In this document: one piece after another, positions 11,787 to 25,315 of the stretch
How the letters are laid out: each line of letters starts with the position of its first letter
Position numbering within the stretch: position 1 is the first letter of the stretch
NCBI GenBank assembly: GCA_001244265.2
Contig: CDLV01000007.1
Span: 1,054,001-1,118,000 of the forward strand
Length of the DNA: 64,000 nucleotides
Source: Microbotryum violaceum
Lineage: Eukaryota
Direction of reading: 5' to 3'
Notes under the pieces: model-generated
What the model was told of the DNA's origin: nothing
The model's database searches: none
Seen by the model: the letters and a program-made list of their open reading frames with translations, nothing else
Translations under genes and position numbers: made by a program

Positions 11787-13191
11787 ATGGTTTCCATATT
11801 CGTTCCCATCAGCTGTAAGTGTTATGCTCTGTCCCGCTCACTGCGGATGTCGTCTGCCTCAATTCGGACACGTCGATCGTTCGCGTACGGACCACAACCT
11901 CCATGCGCGCACAGAGCTGACCGTGGCATCCCCGTTGTGTATTGGCTACCCAGACCTTGTCTTCCTGTTTGGATCCTTGGCCGTCTTCTCCCGCTTTTAC
12001 AGGAAGGCCCAAAGCAGTCAGTCAAAGCCGCTAAAGCTTCACACCTCACGTCGAGATGTTCGGGCATTACCTGATTTAAGCGTACATCACTGTCGTCGAA
12101 ATTCTGACATATTGCTTCAACCGCCTACAGAAAAAGTTGTGGAAAAGTCCTGGTTCCCTCAACACAAATCCCGGGACATTTACGTCTCCTTACTTTCGCT
12201 CGACCCGGCCCCTCCTCGTCCTATCCTGATCGCGGCCTTGTTGCGTCGAGCGATGGACGACGTCAAGCTCATCTGGACCATCCGCGATTCCAAACAAGCC
12301 TTACAAACGCTCTTGACCAAAGGCCAGATCGGCGATGAGCTTTGGGAACGCTTCCAAGAGGCGGAGAAGGAATTGGAAGCCGAGATCGTCGAGGTCGTTC
12401 AAGAGGCCAATACGTTCCAAGAGGGCTATGGGCAACAAATCTTTGGTTTGGCAAGTGAGATGGTCGGTCATGAAAAGTTCAAGGAGGCGTATGACAAGAT
12501 CGTCGAGAATCGTAAAATCGAAGGTCGGTCTCGGCTTCAGTCTTTGCAGGCTTGGGTCAGAACTGACGCGACCCAAATACTGTCTACGCGATCAACAGAG
12601 GCCAAGATCGCTGCCGGTCCCGCTTCCAACATCCTTGCCCCGACGACTTACCTCACACCTTCGTCCTTGACGCTCGCGCCCTCAAACCCGCTCGTCGCTT
12701 CGCTCGTCACATCTGGCGAACCCTCTCACGCTCACTCGACCGATGGTCCGGAATCGACCCCCGCCCCCGCTTCGGCGGACGAGCATGCTGGTCACAGTCA
12801 CAGCCACGGTGATGGCGACGATCATAGTCGCAGTCATAGTCACAGTCATAGTCACAGTCATAGTCACACTCATAGTCACAGTCATAGTCAGGCTCCCTTG
12901 GAAGCGAGGACCACGACGACCAAGCCGCCTTCGCCCGTTGTGACGCCTTCGAAAGCCAGGAAGCCGAACTCGAAGAACGCGAACAAGAACAACACTAACG
13001 ACGAAGACGATGAGGAGGTCGATGAAGATGAGGATATCGACGTGCCCATGCCTGTAGCTGGTACGAAAAATGGGGATGCTGCGGCGACGAGCAACAAGTC
13101 GACCCCGTCGGCGACGCCGAATAAGGGGAATACGCCTGCTAAGGCTAACAAGAAAGGTGCGATTAAGAAGAAGGTCAAGGGTGGGAGATAG
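11787..13191 (+). CDS. SEC66: Sec62/63 complex subunit Sec66 (Sec71) with a long low-complexity C-terminal extension
   Basis: MVSIFVPI-Y-LVFLFGSLAVFSRFYRK (one TM segment), WFPQHKSRDIYVSL, LIAALLRRA, LLTKGQIGDELWERF..AEKELEAEI.EV..EA; canonical introns. Confidence 0.88.
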
Positions 13192-13376
13192 AGGCGGTGC
13201 TGTTTGGAGTGGGGAGGATCTTTTTCGATACGAGTGCATGAAATTTTGAACGATGAGTTCAAGTCGCTCGGCTTGACTCCATCACAGTGCATTGAACGAC
13301 GTCACATGCCAAGTCTGATGGTATTGCAAGAGTCGATGGTGGTCATACACTACTTTCCTATGTAGCGACGTTGTGC

Positions 13377-14846
13377 TTACAGCTCAGACTTGGAGTCTAC
13401 AGAATACTGCGGCGGGTGTTGCGACACCTGCGGCGGCACCCTGGCATGCTTGGCCAGGATAGGTTCGAGCGCTCCCTCGTTGATGATCTCCGTCCAAGCG
13501 GGGAAGACCTCGCCCAATCGATCCCAATGCAGTTCAGGCAACCTCGTCACAATCGCATTCGCCACAACTTCCGTCACGACGCCATAACCCTCAGCAGTCA
13601 AATGTAAACCGTCGGAGAGGAATTTGCTCAATCCCTCGGGGGTTTGCGCAGCCCTTTGCGTGATCGCGGTCCATGTATCGACGACGGGGACCCCTGCTTC
13701 TTGACCGACTTCCAAAACAGCGACGGCGAAGAGGCGCGTTCGTTCGGTATCCCGATCGGGGACGCGGGCGGGGATTCGGGACATGAGCTCGTTGTTGCGC
13801 ACGTCGGCGTCGACGGGGGGTGGGGTGATGAGGAGGAACTTGGTCGTGGGGGAGTACCAGGGTGAGTTGGAGTCCTTGACGAGGTTGATGATGCTGTGGA
13901 GGGCAACTTTGAACTCTTCAACCGTGATCGACTGAGGTGAAGGCGGGAGAGCGGCACTGCAGCGGGAGAGCGAAGATTCCTCCTCAGCGTTAGGTCGGGA
14001 TCGTGAGGGCGACGCGTTCTGCTTGAACACTTCTCTTTACGCACTCGTTTGCACCGAGCCAGATGGTCATCAAAGCCATTTTGGGGAGACGATCGGTCTT
14101 TTTGGGCAAGAACTACGGGTTGCAAATGTTCGCCGGGGAGGGCATCAGTGGATTGCTTTCGAGCATGTATCTCGTCCGGAGGTCCGGAGGTGCAACCGAC
14201 CTCCTTGGCCACGGCAAGTGCCCAGACACCTTTTTAAAATGCACAAGGGTCGGACGGTCAGCTGGAATGTTGGCATGGAGGGTCATATCGAGGCCGAATC
14301 TGCATGAACGAACTGTTGTAACCTGTGAAGGTACAGAATGTGATCAGCACGTGTCCATACGACCTGCTCCCACCAGCTTGCATCGAGAGCCCACCTGCAA
14401 ATCCACGGTTAACGACATCACTGTATAAAGAGGATCACAGGAGTCGAAATGAGCACGGGCCTTCCACATCGGCTTGCATAGTCGTGTGGTAATTCTCTTC
14501 GAGACTGACAGCTTGCGTTGGTAGGCATTGGCAAATGCTGCACCCGTTCCATTGAGAGCCCAAGCTCCTTGGGTGATCGAGTCTGGCAGTCGATGGCACA
14601 AGAACGACCGAAGTGGTGATCAGCTGTCCGAAGTCCAGCGGTCACTGCGTGTGCGATGAAGGATGCAGGTGGAAGGGGAGGCGGGTGGGGGCGGCGCAGC
14701 GGGAGTCGGGACTGACCACCAACCATCGTCACGGTCTCCATCAAGACCGTAGGAGGACCCATCTTGGCAGCCATATAATCTTGAATGAACGCGAACACGC
14801 AGATGCAGCCGATGATGCCAGGGAAGATCCACAGCCAGAGAGGCAT
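13377..14846 (-). CDS. IAH1: SGNH/GDSL hydrolase, isoamyl-acetate-hydrolysing esterase family
   Basis: Spliced G-DSITQ block, LLITPPPVD, VPVVDTW and FLSDGLHLTAEGY catalytic block. The start codon is uncertain. Confidence 0.85.
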
Positions 14847-15485
14847 TCGACGACAAGGCCCGCGAATTGGATCCGGTTTCCGTGCCAGTCGTCGGGTTTT
14901 GGACACGAGAGAAGGCGGTGGGTGGGAAAGCGCGATCGCGACCCGGGCCGTGCGGTCCGTTGGCCCGTCTCATGGCGCATGCTCGCTCGGGCTGATCTGC
15001 TCAAAACAAGCGTAGAGCTTACCCAAGTACCACTCGGTGAGCCCTGGTCGAAATACTCGATTTGACCATGGCATAATCCATACGAGTCTTTTAGACATTG
15101 CTGAGTGGCACATGTCTGAATTAATTAGGCGTTTATCGAATTCGAATCGGCAAAGAGGATTATCGATCATTTTCTTTCGTCCTCGTTTGGCAGCGCTGAT
15201 GCCACCCCTTCATTCCATGTCAGACTCGAGGATCACCATTAAAATAGAAATCACCTTTTTTAATTTGTGCACCAGTCGGGTTCTCTTACAACGCGGCTGA
15301 AGCTGAGTTGATGCTCGGCTCTTCCGAGTCAGTTCGACGATTGTCCGAGAAGCTGATCGCGACCGATCGAGCCGGTTGTGGCGCCCAACTCGTTCGTTTA
15401 CTTTGCCCCTGAGCCATCTGTGCTGGGCCTAGCCTTCATCGCTTTCCCGTCAAGGCACTCTCGTAGCAGTCACTAAATTATCACA

Positions 15486-16377
15486 ATGTCTTGGTACAAC
15501 ACAACCATCGCCCCCTCCTCAGGCTTCCACCCCATCGTGACCCTCTTGATCCACCTCGCCGCAAGCGAGCAACGTCAACGAGCGATCGAACAAGGCTGTT
15601 CACTCTGGACCCATCTCGACCTATCACCCTCGTGGGTTCTCGATCGGTATCAACTTGCTCAACTGCACCATGAAGGAAGGTTGGGGAGTTATACCGATTC
15701 GACGGGGGAGGGGCAGGATGAGTCGTTTCAAGTTGTCGGGGAGGATGATTTGGAAGGACCGGTGACGAAGGCGGGAGGAGTACAAGCGTTGTTGAGACTT
15801 CAAGATCCAAAGCGAACGAAGACAGAGGAACAGCTTGAATTTGATGTGCAGATCCCTCTGCATCTCCGGTACCAGACACCGGTCGAACGTCGATTCGAAC
15901 AAGGCAAGCGAGCCGACGTCGTGTCCGTTCAACTCCAAGCCCCAGCCGTGTTTTGGAAATGCCCCCCAAGTGAGTCGCTAACCAATCTCTTTGTGTCCTT
16001 TCTGAATATCAAAATGTGGACTGAGGGAGATGACACTGCGCTCACCAGGCAACAAAGCAATTCGACGATGTCCCCCCGCCCCGGCGCTTTCAGCCTTTCC
16101 TTCCCCAGTCTCATCGACAAACTCTTACCACTACCTCCACCCCAAACCACTCGATCTAGGAGCGTCTTATTCCCACGCTTCCTCTTGCGCACAACCAAGA
16201 TTACCCAACTTGGGCGTCTCGATCGCGACGGGCGTTTCGAGCGATCTTCCGTTCGTCGATTTCGTCAACTTTATCGCCATCTGGTTGGGTACGATCTGGA
16301 TCGCTTCGAGTGCCTACAAGTGGCAGAGACGAAACAGTAAAAGTTTCAAGCCAGCGGCAAACAAACGAGTCGAATGA
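15486..16377 (+). CDS. PIG-X/Pbn1-family GPI mannosyltransferase I subunit
   Basis: SGFHP, LSPSWVLDRYQL, DLEGPV and IPLHLRYQ motifs. One intron (about 15971-16048) leads to a C-terminal TM helix (FVDFVNFIAIWLGTIWI). Confidence 0.8.
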
Positions 16378-16614
16378 TGGGGTAAATCCGTGGTTATGCG
16401 TCGGGTTGCAGTAGTACAAGTGTTGTATGCAAAAAGGGAGGGAACAGAATCCTCGATCTGAGCCAAGTTTGTTTGAAAGAGAAAGTTGCGAGTAGTGGTA
16501 TGGATGACCCGAAGGACGGAGAGAAGAGCAAACGAGTGTACGAGTTTGGTATGGAGATACAGCCCAAAGTCGATGTCCAAAGCCCAAGTTGTGGGTTGAG
16601 AGAGCGGATGGGCC

Positions 16615-17623
16615 TCACAGGATCGTGCAGTTTAGTTTACTGCGAATCTTGCGCCTCGGCCCTTCGTGCGCGGCCCCACCGTGCCCGATCCGACTTGTCC
16701 CCTTTATAGCGAGGTCCAAAGCCAATTGAAACACCTCATCAACGCCTCTCCGGTGCATCGCCGACACCTCGGCATAGCTCGCGCCGATCCGTCGTGCCAC
16801 CGCCTGCCCTTCCTCGGTCGTGACGGGGTGTCGACCCTGGGCCGCTAGCAGGTCCCGAGCGTGTTGGTCCGACCTGAGATCCATTTTGGTCGCGATGAGG
16901 ATGATAGGTACTCCCTCGCAGAAATGAGAGACCTCGGGTGCCCACTGTGCGGCGTTAGAAGCGGGGAACGAGTTCATCCGTCAGTTTGACCTGGAATTCT
17001 CATTCGCGGATCCTTGCAACCCACCTTGTCCTCGACGTTCTCCAGACTCGGTGGATAGTCGCACGAGAAGCAGATGAAGATGACGTGACTTTCGGGGTAA
17101 GAGAGCGGGCGTAGTCGGTCGTACTCTTCCTGCCCGGCCGTGTCCCACAGCGCGAATTCGACAACCTTGTCCCCGAACGGGACGTTCGTGACGTAGTTCT
17201 CGAAAACGGTCGGGCAATAGTCCTGTACGGAGGTCCATCGGGCGGGTGAGCTTCTGAAGCTCTTTCGGAGCATTGTAAAGCTCATACCACAGCATCGGGC
17301 CATGAGTAGTCATGACAAGGGTGCAAGGGACTGACGGTTGGAAAGGGGTGCCCCGAGTAGACCATCAACAGACAAGTCTTGCCGACGCCACCATCCCCAA
17401 CGCAAACGAGCTTGGTCTTGATATCAGGTCTGGAAACAAGTTGGGGTGTCGACGCCATCGAAGGGGCTACAACATGAGAGTAGTCGGAGGTGAGCGTCGA
17501 GGTGTAGTAGGAGATTTGAGGCGAGTTGGTTGATGCGCTCGACAACGCGTTGGGTGAATGCGCTTGCGAGGCGCCATAGTGCGACCCGTCGGCGAGGTAG
17601 CGTTCGGTTCGGGCGTGTGCCAT
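16615..17623 (-). CDS. RHO4: Rho-family GTPase, Rho4-like with an N-terminal extension
   Basis: [42 protein letters not shown] and the CAAX box CTIL; two introns. The subfamily call is less certain than the family call. Confidence 0.85.
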
Positions 17624-18139
17624 GATTTTGTGTACTTTGGGGTGGGAGTGAGGTGCGAGGTGGCGGCTTTGAGGAGGGGCAGAGGAGCAAGTCAAGCTGC
17701 AAGCGCGCTCGGTCCATCACTGCATCACTGCATCACCGGCGCGGGCCAAGCCCACCGCGCCGAAGCACTGCCAACAGGCTAAACTGCGCCGCCTCCACAT
17801 CAGAGCTCGCTGCGGATTGGCGCACGACGCGTCGCCGGCCACCGGCCACCACCCGCCAGCGGTCCGAGCGCGTGACGCGTCGCTGCCCAGTCTCGGTTCG
17901 TTCCCTTTTGACAGCCGGCTCCTAACCGCCACGCGACGTTGCACACGCTACGCCATGAACGCGGGCTAATCCAACGACAGCTCACGAGCTTCATTGATTG
18001 ACCGTCAAGATCACTTTATTTTTGTCGTTGGTGCCACTCGCCTCAGCTCCATTGCCCCATCCCACCGGCAAGTGGTCATCCTCATCGTCCTCCGTCGTTG
18101 CGATCGCGTCACCTGAGCGCGGTGTGTCCAGGGACGCTC

Positions 18140-21100
18140 ATGGACGACTTTCAGTGTATGTCACAACGGAGTGAACTTCTTGAGATCCCCAGCTTCCAAG
18201 CGTCGGCTGACCACCGCTTTCGTGACTCGCGTGTAGCTCGGTTGACTTCCGTGCTCGCCGCGATCGGCCAAACCTCGATCGACTCACTCGAGGACTTTAT
18301 CTTTCTCCACGGTGCAGCTCGTCTCGTACCTCTCTCAGCCGACGAGCCCCGTTCTTTAGAAACTCAACAGCTACCACCGACAACTCCCGCCGAGGAAGTG
18401 TCCGAGATTCGCAAGCGAGCGCTCATCGAGCTCAAGGACGAGCTTAAGCGCAAGGACAAGGAGCTCGAGTACACCCATCGCCTGTACGAACAGGAGCGCG
18501 AAGAGAAGTTGGGACTCCGAAGAGATCTACGGTGGTTCCTCGACTTGCAGCGCCCAGAGGATCGGCCACCTAGTCATACTGATCCGGGTCGATCGGGACT
18601 CAAAGCAAAAGCATTGGCTCAGCTCCAAACCCAACTCGACGAGGCGAATGCCGTCATTGACAAGTTCCATCAACAACAACAGACACTTCAAGCCGAGATT
18701 GAGCGATTGAGACCGGCCTTGGAGCAAGCTCAGCAACGGAATGTAGCTGCTGAAAGACCTGCCAAGGGATGGACCCCACCTGCCGAAACTTTGTTGAGCG
18801 CAGCTCAGCCGTCTTCGGCAACCGTCACTCGCAGTCCTGCACCAAGGGCGGGCGCTGATGATGCGACGACGAGTGCAAAGTCGAAAATATCATCATCCAC
18901 CGCTCCCGCCTCTACCACAGCTTCTCCGCTACGATCCGCGCGACTTCAAAAGGCGCTGTACGAGACCTTGCACAAACGCTACCTCTCAAACAAGAAGCGC
19001 GCAGACGACATCACCAATTGGGCAATGACCAAGCTGCAAGCCTTCATCGCTGAAAATTCCATCTACCTCGCTCAACTGCCTCCCACGCCACCTCTTCCTC
19101 CGACGAGCGAGTTACCCGAGCTTCCACCGCTCAAATTCGTTCTTGGCGAACCATCGGAGGATGCCGTCGGTCGCTTCTCGGTGGCGCTGAGTGAGCTCAA
19201 GAGATGGGACGATGATGCGCAGGCGGTCGTAGGAACCTTGGTAAGGTGGAAAAGTATCATCAAGGACACCGCTCGTCGAGTCGCCGCCCTCAAGGAAGCC
19301 AAGGACGCCTCGAAAGCCGTCGTCGCCGTTAAGAAGAGGCGTAAAATCAAAAAGTCTCCTGCTGACCTAAATCCGAGCGCGTCAACGTCCTCGAGTACCA
19401 AGAGATCATCGTCGCCCCTCAAGGCAGGGAGGAAGGCCGGGTCACCGCGACGGTCACGTCTTGTTTCCGAGGCCCTCAACGGACCTGCTTCGGGTTTGGT
19501 CTTGCGTGCCGACGGCGTCTTTGCCAAAGACGCGTCTTCTTCGGCTCCTCCGGCGAGTCCACCCAAACGCGTACTCTCACCCTCTCCATCTGCGCAAGGT
19601 CCCCGGAAGATTGATGCGCCGCATGAAGAAACGCAAATCCCTGACTCGCCGATGAAGTCCAACAAGCGCAAAGGGAATCTCGGGCTCGAGGCGTCAACGT
19701 CGGCCAAGTCGAAGCGAGCGCGAAGATCGTCATTCAAGACGAACCAGTCACCTCTCCGTTCGGGTGTTCAGAACGGCCAGCTGGAATCTTCGCCTCAGCG
19801 GGGTTCACCTTCACCGTTACAACGACAGCAAGACAGGATCTTGTCGCAGAAAGAGCAACGCAAGAGTCCCGAGGCCGCTTCAATACGAGCCCCCTCGATC
19901 CCTGCCTCGAGCTGGGGACCCGAACCCGATACCGAGCCCGATGACTTTTTCCCACCTGCTGCTCAACACGATACCGTCGACGAAGTCACTCGCTCCCCAT
20001 TGGCGAGAGTCCCGTCGCAGGATACTCGCTCTCGACCTCCTACACAGCCTGCTATCCTCAAGCCTGTCGGGCTTTCCCCCTTCGTACCGAGTGTGGCTCG
20101 TTCCCAGGCGTCGGCAACACGAGCTTCATCGCGAGGAACGACCGTCTCTCATTCGCCGCTGTCCCAAAATCTTTGGAAAATCAACGCCTTGCCAGAGTCT
20201 GAAAGGAAGGCCTCTGTCAACGACGACGAGGACGATGACCATGAAGATGACGACGATGTATCAAAACGACCTCCATCACCCAGTCCATCGGTAGCCAAGC
20301 CTAGGATCTCCTCCTCGCCGGACGACACGAGGTTAATTCGAACCCCTTTGATTGGATCACCCGCGAATCGACCCAAGGTGACGGAGGACGAACAGCCGCT
20401 CATGGGATTTGATGCTGCTTTGGGTTCGCCGCCTCTACCCCAGGCGGATTCGGGGGTGAAGAAACGTCGGCAGGGGAAGAAACATGCTCCGGTAAAGGAT
20501 GTGGACGGCGATGAAGAGGGGGATGTTGAGACACCGAAGTGTGGGACGTCGAGGGTTCAGAAGTTGCGCGAGAGGGGTGGGGAAGCGCAGAGCGATGACG
20601 GGGGGACGGCTGTGGTTCGTGAGAAGGCCGAGAGGTTTGCTCGGAAAGAAGGCAAGAAGAATGCGAGGAAGAGCGAGGCTGATGCTGATACGAGAGGGGC
20701 ATCGTTGAAGGGCAAGGGGAAGGCTAAAGCGGTCCTCGATGCGGATCTGGATGAAGAGCCGAGGGTGGAGCAAGAGTCGGAGGAGCTGGTGCAGAGTGAG
20801 GACGATGTGACGGGCCATGACTTTATGCGCAAGTTGCACGCCAAACGCGCGAGGGAAGCCGAGGCGATCGCTGCGGAAAAAGCCAGGAAGACGTGAGTTG
20901 GCAAAGTCGTTGAGTATCTGGCCCTCATTTGCTGACACCTAATCCCTTGGCCGTTGGTCGCTCACAGCGGCAAAGCCTCGCCGGCGATTGAGATTAACCC
21001 CGGTCGCAATGCGGGCAAGTCGTATCATTTTTACGAGGTCGAACGCAACAAGGCTGCGAGGGAGCAAATGTTCGCCCATGATTGCGAGGATTGTGCAGGC

Positions 21101-21766
21101 GTGAGTCTTGACTGTGCACCCCATAAATGTCCCTCGCCACGGGTAGCTGATTGCCTTGTTCTTATTGTCTGAATGCAGTACTACGCTCGCGCGCACGCAG
21201 GTCTGGTCGTCCCTCCGGACCATGTGCGATCGTGCAACCACGCGAAAACGTCCAAAGGCGCCTCGTCCAACTTTCTTGCGCAACGACAGGAGGCGATGCA
21301 AGACCTATTGCAAAAGACGTCGAGGCATCGCAAGCATCACCGGCGTGAGTGAAATCACGGTTTCGGGAGTATTTGGAACGACGAAGTTACTGATCCGTTC
21401 ATTGTTCTCACCCACTTGTTCAGCTGATCCGACCCCACCTGATTTTTGGCAAATGGGTGAGTGTTACACAAGCCCCCAAATCGGATTGCACCACTTTGCG
21501 CCATCCACCCACTGATTGGGAATGCAATCTCGTCTCGCAGGTTTCCCCTCCACCGCTCAAGTCAACGACATCAATGCCCGTGCCGAAGAGATCCGTCAAG
21601 AACGGCAGCGCTTTCAATTGGCCGAAGCGAGGTAGGTCAGCTTTGTCGGTTGTCCCATCAATTAAAAGAGGATACTCATCTGATCGCTCGGTTCTCGTGG
21701 CGATCATACAGCAAAGAACGTGGGTTTTATCGCTATCGCGATGACGCGCCCAAAGCACGTCGATAG
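18140..21766 (+). CDS. SAE2: DNA end-resection endonuclease cofactor Sae2/Ctp1/CtIP
   Basis: N-terminal coiled coil and long disordered middle. Spliced C-terminus EVERNK..R..M.AHDCEDC..YY...SRHR...TPPDFWQMGFPST carries the CxxC and RHR motifs. Confidence 0.88.
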
Positions 21767-21914
21767 AGGGGTGGTTCACCTTCCGTTGCAGACTTTGTTG
21801 TTGTTCGTTCAGTCATCAATTCAATCAACCCACCAGGTACAGCAGAGATTTTTCGTTCGCAGTTTTCGTCTCTTCGCTTTTGTTCAGTTGTTGTACAGCC
21901 TTCTTCAGCTTTTA

Positions 21915-22215
21915 TCAATCACGATCGGGCTCTCTCCCCTCCCTAAAAGGACTATTGAACCTCAACATCCGCCTCATATCCTCGACCCAGGGATCGTTTT
22001 CTTCCTTACCCTTCTCGGCTAACCTCGATAAAGGCGAGGATTGGATACAGGGGACAGGGTAAGGGGACATCTTGATGAGGAGCGAGTTGTGAGGTTGGAG
22101 GGTTCGGGGTGGGAGTCCGTCGAGCGAGAGGAGGGCGGAGGAACGGGATCGTTTGGAGAGCTGAGCGAGGAGGGGGAGAGAAAACATTCAGTTGGGATGT
22201 TCGTAATGGGGGAGG

Positions 22216-22253
<38 letters not shown>

Positions 22254-23561
22254 ACTCACACTAAGTTGTACAGCCACATCGCTGGGTAACAAAACCGTCC
22301 TAAAACTCAAACTCCTCGGCGCAATCGCCGTAACACCCAAAGACTGCACCGAAGGATGAACGATCGGACCTCCGGAGGAAAGGGAATAGGCTGTTGAACC
22401 TGTTGGAGTTGAGACGAGAAGACCGTCGGCGACGACTTCGGTGAGGTGGGCTCCGTAGACTTGGGCGTCGACGTAGATGAGGTGAGGGGAGGCACCGCGG
22501 TGAAGGGTGATTTCGTTCATCGCGTGGACTGGTGGAAGGTGAAAGGGGTACAGATAAGGAAAAGTACTTTTTGAGGTTCCTTCTTCAGGGTTGACTTACT
22601 GTGCGCTCTCCCCTCGTCCCCATTTTCGGAAAGGGCGGAATCGACGAGTCGACCGTTTTCGTACAGCTCGCATTGGAGACGCATGCGGAGCAGCATCGAA
22701 GCTCGATTTTCCAATACATCCTTCAAGGCTTGTTTGAAAGCTCCCAGTCCTAGCCATGGACAGTACGAGGGTAAGCGAACCTTGTCGTGATTTGAGCAAC
22801 GATCCCTTGAACTGGTGCCTGGAGGGTGGCTTACGAACTGGCATCATGAATCCTAGGGTGCCGGTATTGATACCAATGACGGGGGGGACGGAACCATCAT
22901 CAAAGAGGGAGGATACGCGGAGTAATGTACCGTCTCCTCCGAGCGCAACGATGAAGTCGACGACCGAGGAGAGGTGCCGAGTGTGCTCTGAGCAGAGATG
23001 GAAAAGTCAGCGCTGCTTCTCGGCGATTGAATGCTAAAAAGAGAGGGCCACTCACCCGGACGAGTAGGAACAATGGAAGAGTGCGTTTCTCCAAGATGCG
23101 AGTAGAGATCCTCTTCGACGATAATATTGAGATGTGGGTCGTGTTGCCGCATGTGCCTGAGAGCATCATCGACTGAGCCATAGCCCACGAAGAAAGAAAA
23201 CCCTTTGTTGGTTCTTCGAGACTTACTGTATCACACTCTGAGCCGCTCGCGCACTATGACGATCGCGCTTCTTACACACCACCAGCACAGTCCTGGGTCG
23301 ATCGAGCCATTCCAAGCGATGGGTCCCACCGTATGTACTGCCTACCCTCTGGACGACACTGCGACCTCTTCGAGGGGCCAGGTTGGGTAAGGCGGAGAAG
23401 CGACCCATGGGCGTGACTTGGAACTCGGCCTTGGGGTGCGGGAGAAGGGAGAAGGGGGATGGCATGGAGGATGCAGGGGTGAGGGTGGTGGTGGTGGTGG
23501 AGAAGGATTGCCGAAGCCATGCATGGGGGGACGGGGCGATCGAGGACCGGAGTCGGTTCAT
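21915..23561 (-). CDS. POS5: Mitochondrial NADH kinase
   Basis: Presequence-like N-terminus, ALGGDGTLL, GTLGFM, MNE.TLHRG, ADGLLVSTPTGSTAYSLSSGGPIVHP, RSLSFR. Confidence 0.88.
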
Positions 23562-23802
23562 CTTGGGTGGTTGTAAGGGCGGGTGAAAAGGTCGTTTACT
23601 GTGCTTTGAGGAGGGAGGCCCAGATTAGGTAAGCGACGAAAAAGTGCACGAGTCGAGGTCGGGAGGATGGAAGGAAACGAACCAAGCAGAACGAAGCAGA
23701 AAGAAGCGAGGAAATGACGTTGCTCGGTCGAGTTGGTCGTCGACTCGTTGGCTCTTGGCCTCATTCCCCACTGTTCCCCACACTTCTGCGCCGCACATCA
23801 CC

Positions 23803-25165
23803 ATGGGCAAACTCACAGTGAGCTCATCGTCGCTTGTATCTAAACCCCGAGCACCTCGACTGACCCTCAATGTTCCCTCCCCTGTGCCCACCTCGCTCGC
23901 TTCCTCGGGTCACTCGTGTGTGCCCCCCACCCCACCACCACCAACACCAACCGCCGATCGCCGACCGCGGACCGCCACTACAGTTCAAAGGCGAACCCAA
24001 AAAGAAGAAGCACAAGTCGCGCTCCACCTCCTCACGCCACGATTCCAACCCCACCTCGACCCACGACGACGCCTACACGGACCAAGATCTAAGCGCATGG
24101 ATCGCCGTCCCCGAACCTGGACTTGCCCTCGGACCGCTCTACCTCACCCTTCCTCGCTCGTCCATCACTTCCTCCCCCGTGTGTTTGGCACTTCAGCCTA
24201 CGACGGGCAAGGTCCATCCTTTTGCGTTGCCTGTTCCGGGGAAGAGTGCGGGAACGAGTGCGGGAACGAGTGCGGAGGATTCGAAAGCGAGGACGTCGTT
24301 GGCCGCTACCCTGGACCAAGAGGAACTCGAAGCGTTGGTCGATTATGACCCTTCCTCCAACCACAACTCCCTCACTACATCCCTCACCACCGAAACCCAA
24401 ACTCCAACCGACATTCACCATGTGTGGGTCTGTACGCGCATCCCCGACTCGCAGGACAAGATCACCCTCCGTTCAGCGACGGGCAAGTTTCTCGCTGCCG
24501 ATCAGTTCGGTCAAGTCACCGCCGAAAGGGAAGCGAGGGGGATGTTGGAGGAATGGCTCATTGAACCGAGCTCGAACCCGGATCTACCCCGAGGGACCGT
24601 TGTGCTCAAATCATGTCACGGCAAGCTCTTGTCGATCGATTTGGTAGCGGGGGGAAAAGTCGAAGTTTCAGCCGATACGGATCCGAACGCAGGGATTGGT
24701 CCAACCGAGGAATGGCAAGTGTGGATGCAGGGCGAGTACTTGGCCAAGGCGAAGCAGCAACTGTTGGAGAGGACGGGCACCAAAGCGACGTTGTTGGATG
24801 CGAGGGCTAAATCGGCGGCGGGGAAGGGAGATGGGTTGACCATTGTCGGCAATTTAGGTGGGGCCGAACAGGAGGCCATGTGAGTCGCTTTCGGCCTTGA
24901 TCAATCCCGGAGACTGATTCCGATTCCACAATTATATACAGCAAACGTTTCCAAGCCCGAGGGCAAGGGCGGTACATTGGGTCAGAGGAGGACGTCTCGG
25001 AATTGGCCAAAGCCAGGCGGAAGGGCAAGCTGTCCGAGGCGATGCTCGATCGAAGGGTCAAGCTCAAAAGGTCAGTTGATGAGATCAAATTCTTCGCGGG
25101 TCTCTTTCAATTGCTGACACTCCGCACTGTGTGGGTTTGACATTCGCAGTGATCGATACTGCTGA
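23803..25165 (+). CDS. FRG1: FRG1-family protein
   Basis: MGKLT-FKGEPKKKKHK, ITLRSATGKFLAADQFG.V.A.REA.G..EEW, and C-terminal LAKARRKGKLSEAMLDRRVKLKSDRYC. Confidence 0.88.
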
Positions 25166-25315
25166 AGAGACAGAGACGGATGGAAGCGGTGTCGATTGTA
25201 CTTTTGTACTCGGCTTGATAGAATCGAGCTTGTACCCTTTCCCCAGGATCAGAACTTCGGATACCTATAAGCGAGCAATCTTCGTTGCAAAGCTTTTTTA
25301 CACAGCAATCCTTGA

